From Phycisphaerae bacterium (GTDB taxonomy: Bacteria > Planctomycetota > Phycisphaerae > WQYP01): a DNA stretch of 43,775 bases. Within the stretch, counting starts at the first letter, position 1, and every line of letters starts with the position of its first letter. Below are positions 17,476 to 26,354 of this stretch, in pieces. The translations under genes and the position numbers were made by a program. Below the pieces are notes generated by a model, which made no database searches, was not told the origin of the DNA, and saw nothing but the letters and a program-made list of their open reading frames with translations. The DNA is taken from the NCBI GenBank assembly GCA_037139555.1, contig JBAXGE010000003.1, forward strand, positions 1 to 43,775, read 5' to 3'.

Positions 17476-17558
17476 ATTGTAACGGAAAAATTGGGGCGCG
17501 TCAGCCGTGTGGTTGGGGGCGTGCCGGACTCCCCATCCGGACCTTTTGTCGGTACAAT
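17476..17558. promoter_or_regulatory. Divergent promoters for thrC and tatD, each with the -10 box 7 nt before the ATG
   Basis: Minus strand: CTGACG (17504-17499)-17-TACAAT (17481-17476)-7 nt-ATG. Plus strand: TACAAT (17553-17558)-7 nt-ATG 17566. Confidence 0.6.
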
Positions 17559-17565
17559 GCCCAGC

Positions 17566-18342
17566 ATGTGGATTGATACCCATTGTCACCTGACCTATCC
17601 CGGTCTCATTGAGCGGATTCCCGAGGTATTGGCCAACGCCCAACGCCTGAATGTCACCCAGTCGCTGACCATCGGGACCCATCCACAGGATCATGAGGCC
17701 GTATTAACTTTGTTGCAGCAGCACCCCACGCTGCGTGCGGCGTTGGGGATTCATCCCTGTCATGCCCATGAGGTGGAGGCGGGTTATTTGCCACGTCTGC
17801 GTGCATTACTCGGGGCCCGTGGCCCGATTCTGGCGGTGGGGGAGATCGGTCTGGATTATTACCATGATGCCAGTACCAAAACGATTCAGGAAACCATGCT
17901 GCGGGCACAGTTGGATCTGGCGGTGGAACTGGACCTGCCGGTGATTTTACACATGCGTGAAGCCCACGCGGATGGGGTGGCGATTCTGCGGTCATATCCA
18001 CAATTGCGTTATGTGGTGCATTGCTTTACGGCCGGCCCGGCGGAATGTCAGGCTTGGCTGGATTTGGGTGCCTATATTGGCTTTACCGGGGTAGTGACGT
18101 ATAAGAATGCCAATTTGGTGCGTGATAGCGCCCGGCTGGTACCGCGCGACCGGATTTTAGTGGAAACGGACGCTCCCTATTTGAGTCCCGAACCAGTCCG
18201 CCGGATTAAAATCAATGAGCCGGGGCATACCGCCTATGTAGGGAAGTATCTCGTCCAGTGGTTGAACTGGCCGGAAACTGATTTGGCGCAGGCCACTACC
18301 GCCAATGCTTTGCGGTTGTTTGGTCCGGGACTTTGGCCCTGA
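17566..18342 (+). CDS. tatD: TatD family metal-dependent hydrolase/DNase
   Basis: [36 protein letters not shown] and [11 protein letters not shown]. Confidence 0.95.
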   Translation: MWIDTHCHLTYPGLIERIPEVLANAQRLNVTQSLTIGTHPQDHEAVLTLLQQHPTLRAALGIHPCHAHEVEAGYLPRLRALLGARGPILAVGEIGLDYYHDASTKTIQETMLRAQLDLAVELDLPVILHMREAHADGVAILRSYPQLRYVVHCFTAGPAECQAWLDLGAYIGFTGVVTYKNANLVRDSARLVPRDRILVETDAPYLSPEPVRRIKINEPGHTAYVGKYLVQWLNWPETDLAQATTANALRLFGPGLWP

Positions 18343-18430
18343 AGGTCATTTTTTGGCCCCGGGGGTTGATTTTGTTGCCCCGGTAGAGGTATAACCGATA
18401 CGGAAGTAAGAATTTTCGTAGCGTGTGTCC

Positions 18431-18458
18431 TTGACAGACCCGTAAGGGTGATTAGACT
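18431..18458 (+). promoter_or_regulatory. Sigma70-type promoter TTGACA-16-TAGACT
   Basis: Perfect -35 at 18431-18436, TAGACT at 18453-18458, and GGGAGG RBS before the TTG at 18547. Confidence 0.65.
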
Positions 18459-18546
18459 AGCGAACTACTGAGTGTAACGCGTCTTTAACGTTTGTCGCAG
18501 AAACCGATTTTGGACCAGTCTAGCTTTCGTTTTATGGGAGGCTGCC

Positions 18547-19398
18547 TTGAGTATCCTGACCAAAGTGTTCATCGTCCTGCAAACTGTGTTTGCGCTCGTA
18601 TTGGCCCCCCTGGTGATCGTATTCGTCGGTCAGCAGGATAACTACAAGAAAGATGTGGAAAAGGCCAACCTCGCCAAGGTTGCCGCCCAGGTCCAAGTGA
18701 CCAAGGCCGGGAAAGATATTTCCGCCCTGACCGAATCGTTCAACAAGCTTGCGGCCGATAACAACAATCAGACCGCCTCCCTCAAGCGGGAAGTGGATGA
18801 TCGTGATGCCAAGATTTCTGGTTTGGAACGGGAGAAGGACAGCTTCGCCCTTAAGGCCAGCGAAGCCGATATCGCCCTCAAGCAGACCATCAGCAGCGTG
18901 GATGCGCTGAAGAGCCTGCTGACCAGTCGCGACAAGGAAGTTTCCGAAATTCGTCCCCGGCTGGTGGATTTGACCCAGAAGGCCGAAGACGTGAACCGCA
19001 AGAACGGCGAACTGCTGATTGAAGTGGAACAGGCCAAGAAGGCCATCCGCACCCTGCAGGAAGCCTTGGTTGCTTCCCAGCAACGTGGCCCCGCCACGGG
19101 GATCAATCAGGCTGGCCAGCAGGTCACGCAGGCAGCGGCCCCGACGATCGTAGCCCCCAACGTGGTCAATGGCCGCGTGAATCAGGTTCAGGAACTCAAT
19201 GGCAAGGTCTATCTGACCATGTCGCTGGGTGGCCGCGATGGCGTCCAGAACGGAACCAAGTTTGTGATCTCCCGCGGTAGCAATTTTGTGGCTGATGCCG
19301 TGGTGGAACGCGTCGCCCCCGATCAGTCGGTCGCGGTGGTGACCCTGTCGCAGGCGGCGATTCAGGTGAATGATGTGGTTTCGTCCAACGGGCTGTAA
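18547..19398 (+). CDS. Membrane-anchored coiled-coil protein with C-terminal beta domain (MreC/FlgT-C-like motif)
   Basis: N-terminal TM helix, about 150 aa of coiled coil, and C-terminal MSLGGRDGVQNGTKFVISRGSNFVADAVVERVAPDQSVAVV. Confidence 0.85.
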   Translation: MSILTKVFIVLQTVFALVLAPLVIVFVGQQDNYKKDVEKANLAKVAAQVQVTKAGKDISALTESFNKLAADNNNQTASLKREVDDRDAKISGLEREKDSFALKASEADIALKQTISSVDALKSLLTSRDKEVSEIRPRLVDLTQKAEDVNRKNGELLIEVEQAKKAIRTLQEALVASQQRGPATGINQAGQQVTQAAAPTIVAPNVVNGRVNQVQELNGKVYLTMSLGGRDGVQNGTKFVISRGSNFVADAVVERVAPDQSVAVVTLSQAAIQVNDVVSSNGL

Positions 19399-19461
19399 TC
19401 CGGACTAAACAGGTTTTCGGGCGGTTTCCAGAGGAATCCGCCTGTGGTAAAGGATACGACA

Positions 19462-19605
19462 ATGACCCAATCGAATGTACCCCAGCGGATGAATGTGAAG
19501 GGCGCGGTCAATATTTACACCGCTCTGGCGGCCTTGGGCTTCCTCGCTCTGGCCAGCGCCGTGATCTTCGCATTCATTCAATATCGGAATTTAATTCTCA
19601 ACTGA
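19462..19605 (+). CDS. Small (47 aa) single-pass membrane protein
   Basis: MTQSNVPQRMNVKGAVNIYTALAALGFLALASAVIFAFIQYRNLILN*. AAGGA RBS and a clear TM helix. It is below the ORF-track length cutoff. Confidence 0.75.
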   Translation: MTQSNVPQRMNVKGAVNIYTALAALGFLALASAVIFAFIQYRNLILN

Positions 19606-19635
19606 GAATTTTTCCGCTATAATATCCAGAACGAT

Positions 19636-19666
19636 AGGGGCGATGGGATACCAGTCGCCCCTTTTT
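19636..19666 (+). terminator. Terminator-like hairpin with T tract
   Basis: aggggcga (19636-19643) / tcgcccct (19655-19662), then tttt. Confidence 0.65.
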
Positions 19667-19880
19667 GGCATAAATATCAGGATGATTCCACTGCCACGGA
19701 AGGCGGCCTTGTAGGTCGCGTGCCCCATTCGGGCGTAGGGTAGAACGCGAAGCCTTGCGGATTTTGAGTGGTTGGCCCGGAGGCTCCCGTGGTGGTTTGC
19801 ATGGCATTTGATTTTTTCGGACCGCTGGTGGCCGCAGGAATAGCCCCTGCTACTGGCCTCCGCCAATTGGAGCACAAGCC

Positions 19881-20933
19881 TTGTTTTTCGACACTATTCT
19901 CGGCTGGTTCTCCCTCGATATGGGTATTGACCTAGGTACCAGCAACACCCTCGTGTGTGTGCGCGGCGAAGGGATCGTTTTGAACGAACCTTCCGTGGTG
20001 GCGGTCAAAAAAGGGACTAATCAGGTTGTACAGGACGGCAATGCGGTGGGGTTGGCCGCCAAGGAAATGTTGGGTAAGACGCCCGGCAGTATTGTGGCCA
20101 TTCGTCCCCTCAAAGACGGGGTTATCTCCGATTTTGAAATTACTGAAGCAATGTTGGCCTATTTCATCCGCCGGGTGCATGGCCGGCGCGGCTTCCTGCG
20201 GCCGCGCGTGGTGATTGCCGTGCCCAGCGGGATTACGGCCGTGGAAAAACAGGCCGTACTCCAGAGCGCCGAACGCGCCGGGGCCCGCAAGGTCTATCTG
20301 GTGGAAGAGCCCATGGCCGCCGCGATTGGAGCGGGGCTGCCCATCACCGAACCCCAGGCCAGCATGGTGGTGGATATCGGTGGCGGTACCACCGAAGTGG
20401 CCATTATCTCGCTGTCGGATATCGCCGTGAGTGAATCCATCCGCGTGGCGGGCGATGATTTCGATGAAGCCATCGTGGATCACATGCGTAAAACGTACAA
20501 TCTGATGATCGGCGACCAGTATGCCGAACGTATCAAAATTGAAATCGGCTCCGCCGCACCCATGGGTCAGGAAATGACCATGGAAGTGCGTGGCCGCGAT
20601 ATGATTTCCGGCCTGCCGCGCAAGTGCATCGTCAGCAGCGAGGAAATCCGCGAAGCCCTGCAAGAACCGCTGGGGCAGATTATTGACGCCGTCACCCGCA
20701 CGCTGGAACATGCCGAACCCGAACTGTCCGCCGATCTGGTGGAAAACGGGCTGACGCTGGCCGGCGGTGGGGCGCTCATGCGGGGCATTGATAAAGTCAT
20801 CCATCAGGCCACCGGCCTGCCGGTCCGCATCGCCGATGATCCCCTGACCTGCGTGGCGCGGGGCACCAGCGTGTTCCTGGAAAATCTGGAACGTTGGAAA
20901 GACACCATCGAGACCGACGCCAGTGATCTTTGA
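19881..20933 (+). CDS. mreB: Rod shape-determining protein MreB
   Basis: DMGIDLGTSNT, LNEPSVVA, RPLKDGVI, EEPMAAAIGAG, MVVDIGGGTTEVA, AERIKI, LAGGGAL and PLTCVARG. Confidence 0.97.
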   Translation: MFFDTILGWFSLDMGIDLGTSNTLVCVRGEGIVLNEPSVVAVKKGTNQVVQDGNAVGLAAKEMLGKTPGSIVAIRPLKDGVISDFEITEAMLAYFIRRVHGRRGFLRPRVVIAVPSGITAVEKQAVLQSAERAGARKVYLVEEPMAAAIGAGLPITEPQASMVVDIGGGTTEVAIISLSDIAVSESIRVAGDDFDEAIVDHMRKTYNLMIGDQYAERIKIEIGSAAPMGQEMTMEVRGRDMISGLPRKCIVSSEEIREALQEPLGQIIDAVTRTLEHAEPELSADLVENGLTLAGGGALMRGIDKVIHQATGLPVRIADDPLTCVARGTSVFLENLERWKDTIETDASDL

Positions 20934-20960
20934 ACCGGCTCCAGGTAAGGATGTACGATC

Positions 20961-21863
20961 ATGCCTGAGCCCAAGACCAATACCCGAAAAGCATTTGCGG
21001 GCCTGACCCTGCTCGCGTGCGTGTGGCTGTTGGTCGGCATGCGGATGGCGCCGTATGATCGTTCCGGGATGGCGCCCTCGTGGTTGCAACAAACGCAGGA
21101 TTTCTTCGGTCAACCCCTCAGTTTTCTCCTCACGCCCCTCTGCCAACCGTTGCGCTGGGTCCAAACCACGATGGAATCGGGCTTTAATGACATCAATACC
21201 AGCAAAGTGGATTCGCGGCGGCTGGAAACGCTGGAGCAGGAAAATATCGCGCTCAAAAACCAGAATATGCTGCTGCAGGACCGTCTGAACCAATTCGAGC
21301 GTTTCGTCGGCGAATTCCAGCAATTCCGCGCGGCCTTTCCCACGGTCTCGGCAGATCAGGTAATGCCCGCGACGATTATCGGAATGTTGGGCAGTAACGG
21401 CAGCGAGATTGCCGCCATTGACCGGGGCAGTGTGGACCACATCCAACTCAAGCAGGTGGTCTTGTCGCAGTTGGCACCGATTGGCCGGGTGGTGAGTGTG
21501 GGCACGCGTACCTCCCATGTGCGCTTGCTGACCGACCCGGACAGTTCCATGAAAATTACCGCCAGTGTGATCCGGCGCGAAGCAGATAAAATCGTAGTCA
21601 TCGCCGAGGTATGTATGGTGCACGGGGTGGGCAATGGCATGTTGGGCTCGGACACCCTCTCGGCCAGTCTGCGGGTCCCGCCCCAGGCGGGGGACTGGAT
21701 CACGCTGCAAGACAACGAGTGGCCCAAGGCCATTCAAGGCGCGGTGGTGGGGCAGGTGGAATCCGTGGCCCGGCGCGAAGATCAACAGTTACGTTATGAA
21801 TTACGCATCAAACCGCGGATCGAAGTGAATCGAACCACGCGGGTGATGTTACTTATGCAATAG
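20961..21863 (+). CDS. mreC: Rod shape-determining protein MreC
   Basis: TM, coiled coil (LEQENIALK), IDRGSVDHI...IGRVVSVG..TSHVRLLTD. Directly follows mreB. Confidence 0.85.
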   Translation: MPEPKTNTRKAFAGLTLLACVWLLVGMRMAPYDRSGMAPSWLQQTQDFFGQPLSFLLTPLCQPLRWVQTTMESGFNDINTSKVDSRRLETLEQENIALKNQNMLLQDRLNQFERFVGEFQQFRAAFPTVSADQVMPATIIGMLGSNGSEIAAIDRGSVDHIQLKQVVLSQLAPIGRVVSVGTRTSHVRLLTDPDSSMKITASVIRREADKIVVIAEVCMVHGVGNGMLGSDTLSASLRVPPQAGDWITLQDNEWPKAIQGAVVGQVESVARREDQQLRYELRIKPRIEVNRTTRVMLLMQ

Positions 21864-21876
21864 ATCGGCGGGGATT

Positions 21877-23616
21877 GTGACGCAAGTTATCCGTAAACAT
21901 GGCTGGTGGTATTGGCTGGCAGGTGCGGGGTTGCTGCTGCTGGCGGTGGCGTTGACGCTGGTGGCGTTTCCGGTGGCGGGTTTTTGGCCCGCAGCGCTGG
22001 TGGCGCTGACCCCGCTGATTTCCTGTGCCCGGACGCGCAACTTTAATTGGCGCTGGTTTGGTTTGTTCTGGCTGGCTGGCACGGCCTTCTACGTCATTGG
22101 GCTGAATTGGCTGATTCATGTCACCATGCCCGGCTGGCTGGGCTTGTCGGTGTATCTGGGGCTGTATTGGGCGGTATTTGGCTGGGCGCTGCGCCGGTTG
22201 ATGATGAATCTCCGCTGGCCTGCCGTGTGGGCCGCGCCGTTAGTGTGGGTTACCCTGGAGTATTTACGCTCGGTCATTATGACCGGCTTCGCCTGGTTCC
22301 TGCTGGGCAACGCTCTGATGCCCCGGCTGGAATTAGTGCAGATTGCCGATCTCGGTGGGGTATGGCTGGTGACGGGGCTGTGTGCGGCGGTGGCGGGGTG
22401 CGTGTCCGATGTGCTGCATCTGCCACTACGGGTTAAAGGGCAGGTGAATAAAGAAATCTTCACCACTGCGGCGACGGGGCTGGCGCTCTTGTTGCTGGCG
22501 GGGGGGTATGGTTGGTTTCGGCTCCAGCAGGACAGCCTGAGTCCGGGTCCGCGAGTCGCGGCGATCCAGCATTATGTGCCCCAGGGGGTCCGCGATGATG
22601 AGCAACCGCGCACCCTCGGGGAATGGATCCAGCAACGCAAGGACCTCATGCTGCATCCCCACGTGCAACTCAGTCGTGATGCTTTCGACCTACACCATCC
22701 GCAATTAATCGTCTGGTCGGAAACCATGGTGCCCGGTTATATCAACCCCGAGTTCCGTAATATACCTCAGCCGGGTGATACCCGTGTGGACAACGCGCTA
22801 CGTGAAGTGTCGCGGTATAGCGACGACTTGCTGACGAAAATAGCCACCGCCTACCACAGTTATTTATTAGTCGGAGCCAGCAGTCGGGAAGTTTCTCCTC
22901 CCAATATGGATGGCACGCCCGGCCCGAGTCTGCGCTACAACGTGGCCGCGCAGTATGCACCCCAGCAAGGCTTGGTCATGCCACTCTATGCCAAACGGCA
23001 CCGCGTGCCCTATGGGGAATATATCCCGCTGGCGAACGTGGGGTGGATCCGCAGTATCCTGGCGAAACTCTCGCCCTATGGCGATTACGACTACACCATC
23101 CAGGCCGGCACCGACTGGCACCGGTTTGTGATGACGGCGGATGGCCATGTCTACCGTTATGGCGTACCGATCTGCTATGAAGATGTGTTCCCTTACGTCA
23201 CCCGGGCCTTTGTGGACCCGCAGGCCGGGGTTAAGCAGGTGGATTTTCTCGTCTCGATCAGCAACGATGGTTGGTATCAAAGTCCCAGCCAGTTCATGCA
23301 GCATCTGCAAATCACCCAGATGCGGGCCGTTGAGGCCCGTACGGGCTTTGTCCGCGCCGTCAATGGCGGGGGCAGCAGTCTGGTGGACAGTTGTGGCCGG
23401 GTGTTGCAAATCGTGGATAATGATGATGATCCCAGCACCCCGCCAGTGTTTGGGCTCAATGGTATTGCTGCGGGCAATCTCCCGCTGGATTCACGGGTGA
23501 GTGTATATAGCCAGATTGGCGACCTGCCGATCGTGGGACTGGGTATAATGACCATTCTGGCGGTTGCTTGGACCTTGGTGCGGCCGCGCCGTGCCGGCCC
23601 TCAATTGGAGGATTAA
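21877..23616 (+). CDS. lnt: Apolipoprotein N-acyltransferase
   Basis: N-terminal TM domain with WVTLEYLRS...GFAW. Nitrilase triad motifs VWSET, YAKRHRVPYGEY and PICYED. Also ISNDGWY, QHL...RAVE and RAVNGG.S. Confidence 0.93.
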   Translation: MTQVIRKHGWWYWLAGAGLLLLAVALTLVAFPVAGFWPAALVALTPLISCARTRNFNWRWFGLFWLAGTAFYVIGLNWLIHVTMPGWLGLSVYLGLYWAVFGWALRRLMMNLRWPAVWAAPLVWVTLEYLRSVIMTGFAWFLLGNALMPRLELVQIADLGGVWLVTGLCAAVAGCVSDVLHLPLRVKGQVNKEIFTTAATGLALLLLAGGYGWFRLQQDSLSPGPRVAAIQHYVPQGVRDDEQPRTLGEWIQQRKDLMLHPHVQLSRDAFDLHHPQLIVWSETMVPGYINPEFRNIPQPGDTRVDNALREVSRYSDDLLTKIATAYHSYLLVGASSREVSPPNMDGTPGPSLRYNVAAQYAPQQGLVMPLYAKRHRVPYGEYIPLANVGWIRSILAKLSPYGDYDYTIQAGTDWHRFVMTADGHVYRYGVPICYEDVFPYVTRAFVDPQAGVKQVDFLVSISNDGWYQSPSQFMQHLQITQMRAVEARTGFVRAVNGGGSSLVDSCGRVLQIVDNDDDPSTPPVFGLNGIAAGNLPLDSRVSVYSQIGDLPIVGLGIMTILAVAWTLVRPRRAGPQLED

Positions 23617-24596
23617 TGATGAAGTTTGTATCGGTAATCGTAGCGGGTGGTTTGGTGGTGGGACTCTGGGGCTGTCAGGAAGCCACGCCATCGTCCCGTA
23701 CTGTGCAGCCGGTATCGGCGGCAGTAGCGGATAATGCCTATCAACGGGCCATGGCGTTGTTACAACTGCAATTCCGCGATCAGGACCCGATTGTGCGGGC
23801 CAATGTGATCGAAGCCGTGCAGGGCAGTGCGGATATCCGCGCACAGGAAATTATTGAAACCGGCCTGCGGGATCGGCAATGGCTGGTGCGTTTCGCCGCC
23901 ACGATGGCTGCGGGTAAACGCAAAGCTGCGGCGGTGTTGCCGGTGTTGGAACAGTTGGCTGATGAAGATGCCAGCAAGAACGTCCGGGTGGGCGCCATCT
24001 ATGCGCTGCAGCGTCTGGGTAACAGCAAGCGTATGACGCAACTGGCCACGTATCTGAATGATCCGGATCAGGAAGTACGGGCCAATGCCGCCTTGGTGCT
24101 GGGCCTGCTTGGGGATGCCTCCGCAGCGCCGTTGCTGCATGCCCGGCGGGGCGATGTGGTGGCGCGGGTGAAATTCGAACTCACCGCCGCACTGGCGCGA
24201 CTGGGTGATGAATCCGCCTGCAATGCCATCCGGGCAATGAGTCTGAGCCGGTTTACCGATGAGCAATTTTTAGCCATGCAAATCGCCTCGGAAATCAATC
24301 TGACCGAGGCGGGCAATATTATGCTGGCCGGTGTGGATCACCCGATGGCCGAGGGGCAATTACTCGCCGTCCGTGGCTTGGGCCGACTGGGCAGCCGTCA
24401 GGGGGAAGAGTTGGCTTTGAAGCATGCCGAAGATAGCAACGAAACCATTCGGGTACTGGCCGCGTTGGCGTTGGGTGACATCCCCGGCCCCGGCAAGCTC
24501 GAACGTTTAACCAGCATGCTATCGGACCGCGCCACGAGAGTTCAGGTGGCGGCGGCGTCCGCGCTGCTGAATCGGCAGAATCGCAAGTTGGATTGA
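23616..24596 (+). CDS. HEAT-repeat lipoprotein
   Basis: Lipobox LWG|C after a hydrophobic signal. About 8 HEAT/PBS-like repeats (D....VR..A..ALG.L). The ATG overlaps the lnt TAA. Confidence 0.85.
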   Translation: MMKFVSVIVAGGLVVGLWGCQEATPSSRTVQPVSAAVADNAYQRAMALLQLQFRDQDPIVRANVIEAVQGSADIRAQEIIETGLRDRQWLVRFAATMAAGKRKAAAVLPVLEQLADEDASKNVRVGAIYALQRLGNSKRMTQLATYLNDPDQEVRANAALVLGLLGDASAAPLLHARRGDVVARVKFELTAALARLGDESACNAIRAMSLSRFTDEQFLAMQIASEINLTEAGNIMLAGVDHPMAEGQLLAVRGLGRLGSRQGEELALKHAEDSNETIRVLAALALGDIPGPGKLERLTSMLSDRATRVQVAAASALLNRQNRKLD

Positions 24597-24649
24597 GTGT
24601 GGGGGATGGTATTCCCAGACCGTTGGGATAGCTATGCAGCGTTCGGGAA

Positions 24650-25321
24650 TTACGGTGCGGGTAATTGGTCCGACTTGGGCAGGTCTTTGATGTTCGCCAA
24701 GCCGAATACTTCCAAGAAGTACCGCGTGGTGCCGTAGAGGAGGGGGCGGCCAAGGTCTTCAGCGCGGCCGACAATCTTCACCATGTTATGTTCCATCAGC
24801 GCCCGCAGGACATCGCCGCAGGCCACGCCGCGGATTGCTTCCACCCCAACCCGCGTGAGGGGTTGCTTATAGGCGACAATGGCCAGTGTTTCCAATTGGG
24901 CAGGAGTCAGGCGGCCTTCGTCGCGCTTCCGCACCAGCCGTTCGATGTAGCCGGAATATTGGGCCAACGTCAGCAACTGATACCCGCCAGCGCGTTCTTC
25001 GATGCGGAACGCGGCAGCGCGGGCTTGATAACCCTGATTGAGTTCATCCACGGCCTGACGGATAGGTTTGGTGCTATCCAAACCGCAGACTTCGCCGAGT
25101 TTACCGGCGGTAAGCGGTACATCGGTGGAGAAGAGCAGGGCTTCGATTACTTGAGTGAGGGGGATCTGGTCTTCGGTCAGCAGCCGCTCCGGCTGGGCAG
25201 GTAGCTGGGGCGTGGCCGAGACTGCATCCCCGAGGGGTGCCGTAGTGGCCTCAGGAACCCCCTCAGGCGTGGCCGGAGGGGCAGATTCGGTCGGAACCGG
25301 GGATAGTTGATCTTCGCTCAT
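24650..25321 (-). CDS. scpB: SMC-Scp complex subunit ScpB
   Basis: IEALLFS, GGYQLLT, LETLAIVAYKQPLTR..VEAIRGV, GRPLLYGTT..FLEVFGL and DLP. Start at ATG 25321. Confidence 0.95.
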   Translation of the reverse strand: MSEDQLSPVPTESAPPATPEGVPEATTAPLGDAVSATPQLPAQPERLLTEDQIPLTQVIEALLFSTDVPLTAGKLGEVCGLDSTKPIRQAVDELNQGYQARAAAFRIEERAGGYQLLTLAQYSGYIERLVRKRDEGRLTPAQLETLAIVAYKQPLTRVGVEAIRGVACGDVLRALMEHNMVKIVGRAEDLGRPLLYGTTRYFLEVFGLANIKDLPKSDQLPAP

Positions 25322-25328
25322 GGGTAGC

Positions 25329-25395
25329 ACTTTAGCCCAAGCCTGCTGGCTAGTCAAAGGTACAGGGGACAAATCCCCATCATCCCCGATATACT
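25329..25395. promoter_or_regulatory. Divergent promoters for scpB and ribF, with -10 boxes 6-7 nt before the ATGs
   Basis: Minus strand: TTGACT (25357-25352)-17-TAAAGT (25334-25329)-7 nt-ATG 25321. Plus strand: TATACT (25390-25395)-6 nt-ATG 25402. Confidence 0.65.
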
Positions 25396-25401
25396 CATGC
25401 C

Positions 25402-26343
25402 ATGGAACGCTTGGACCATTATCAGCAACTACCCCCACGCCACCTCGGTGGAGTGGTATGTATAGGTAATTTTGACGGGGTGCATACCGGCCATCAGGCG
25501 ATGTTGGCCCGGGGGCGGGCGCTGGCCAGTGCGGGTGGAATTCCTTTGCTGGCCATCACATTTGATCCCCATCCGCTAAGCATATTACGGCCCGAATCCG
25601 CACCGGCCCCACTGGCCACGCTGGAGCAGCGTTTACGCTGGTTGGAGCAGGCGGGGGTGGATGCCACCATATTCCTACCCGCCACAACCGAATTATTGGC
25701 CATGAGTGCGGAAGACTTTATCCGACGGGTACTGGTGGACTGCTTGCGGGTCCGGCAGGTGGTCGAAGGGCCGAATTTCCGCTTTGGCCGGGGAGCGGCG
25801 GGGTGTATTGAGACGCTGCAAACTTTGGGCTCGGAGGCGGGGTTTGAAGTGACCGTGCTAACCCCCCAGACGGCGGTGTTGGGGGATAGTACCATTGTGC
25901 CGGTAAGTTCCAGTCTCACCCGGTGGCTGATCGGCCAAGGGCGGGTTCGGGACGCAGAAGCGTGTCTGGGCCGACCGTATCAACTAAGCGGAACGGTGGT
26001 TGCGGGTGACCGCCGGGGGCGGACGTTGGGATTTCCCACGGCGAATATCGCTATTCAGCAGATGCTGCCGGGGGTGGGGGTGTATGCTGCCACAGCGCGG
26101 GTGGGGTTGCGGACGTATGCGGCGGCGTTGAGTGTGTCGAGTAATCCCACTTTTGCGGGTAAGACCGTAACAGTCGAGACGTACCTGCTGGATTTTACGG
26201 GCGATTTGTATGGCCGGGTGTTGGAGCTGGATGTGCGCAGTTGGTTGCGGGATACGATGAAATTTGGTGGCGTGGAACAACTCAAGCGGCAATTGGAACG
26301 TGATGCTGCCAGTGTCCGGGCGATGTCCCTGCCGGTGGGATAG
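25402..26343 (+). CDS. ribF: Bifunctional riboflavin kinase/FAD synthetase
   Basis: IGNFDGVHTGH, TFDPHP, NFRFG, VSSS, LGRPY, GDRRGRTLGFPTAN, GVYA and ETYLLDF.GDLYG. Confidence 0.96.
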   Translation: MERLDHYQQLPPRHLGGVVCIGNFDGVHTGHQAMLARGRALASAGGIPLLAITFDPHPLSILRPESAPAPLATLEQRLRWLEQAGVDATIFLPATTELLAMSAEDFIRRVLVDCLRVRQVVEGPNFRFGRGAAGCIETLQTLGSEAGFEVTVLTPQTAVLGDSTIVPVSSSLTRWLIGQGRVRDAEACLGRPYQLSGTVVAGDRRGRTLGFPTANIAIQQMLPGVGVYAATARVGLRTYAAALSVSSNPTFAGKTVTVETYLLDFTGDLYGRVLELDVRSWLRDTMKFGGVEQLKRQLERDAASVRAMSLPVG

Positions 26344-26354
26344 GAGTTTGCACG

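Noticed and set aside
19690-19796. SRP (4.5S) RNA or 6S RNA call for the long hairpin
   Set aside because: It lacks the SRP helix-8 GNRA loop and conserved internal-loop motif on either strand, and it is short for 6S. I kept it only as an unknown structured leader.
19932-21785. 617-aa minus-strand ORF antisense to mreB-mreC, and similar long antisense ORFs (1179..2207, 7095..8456, 30808..31743)
   Set aside because: These are shadow frames expected from GC-biased codon usage of well-conserved sense genes. They show no recognisable motifs or RBS.
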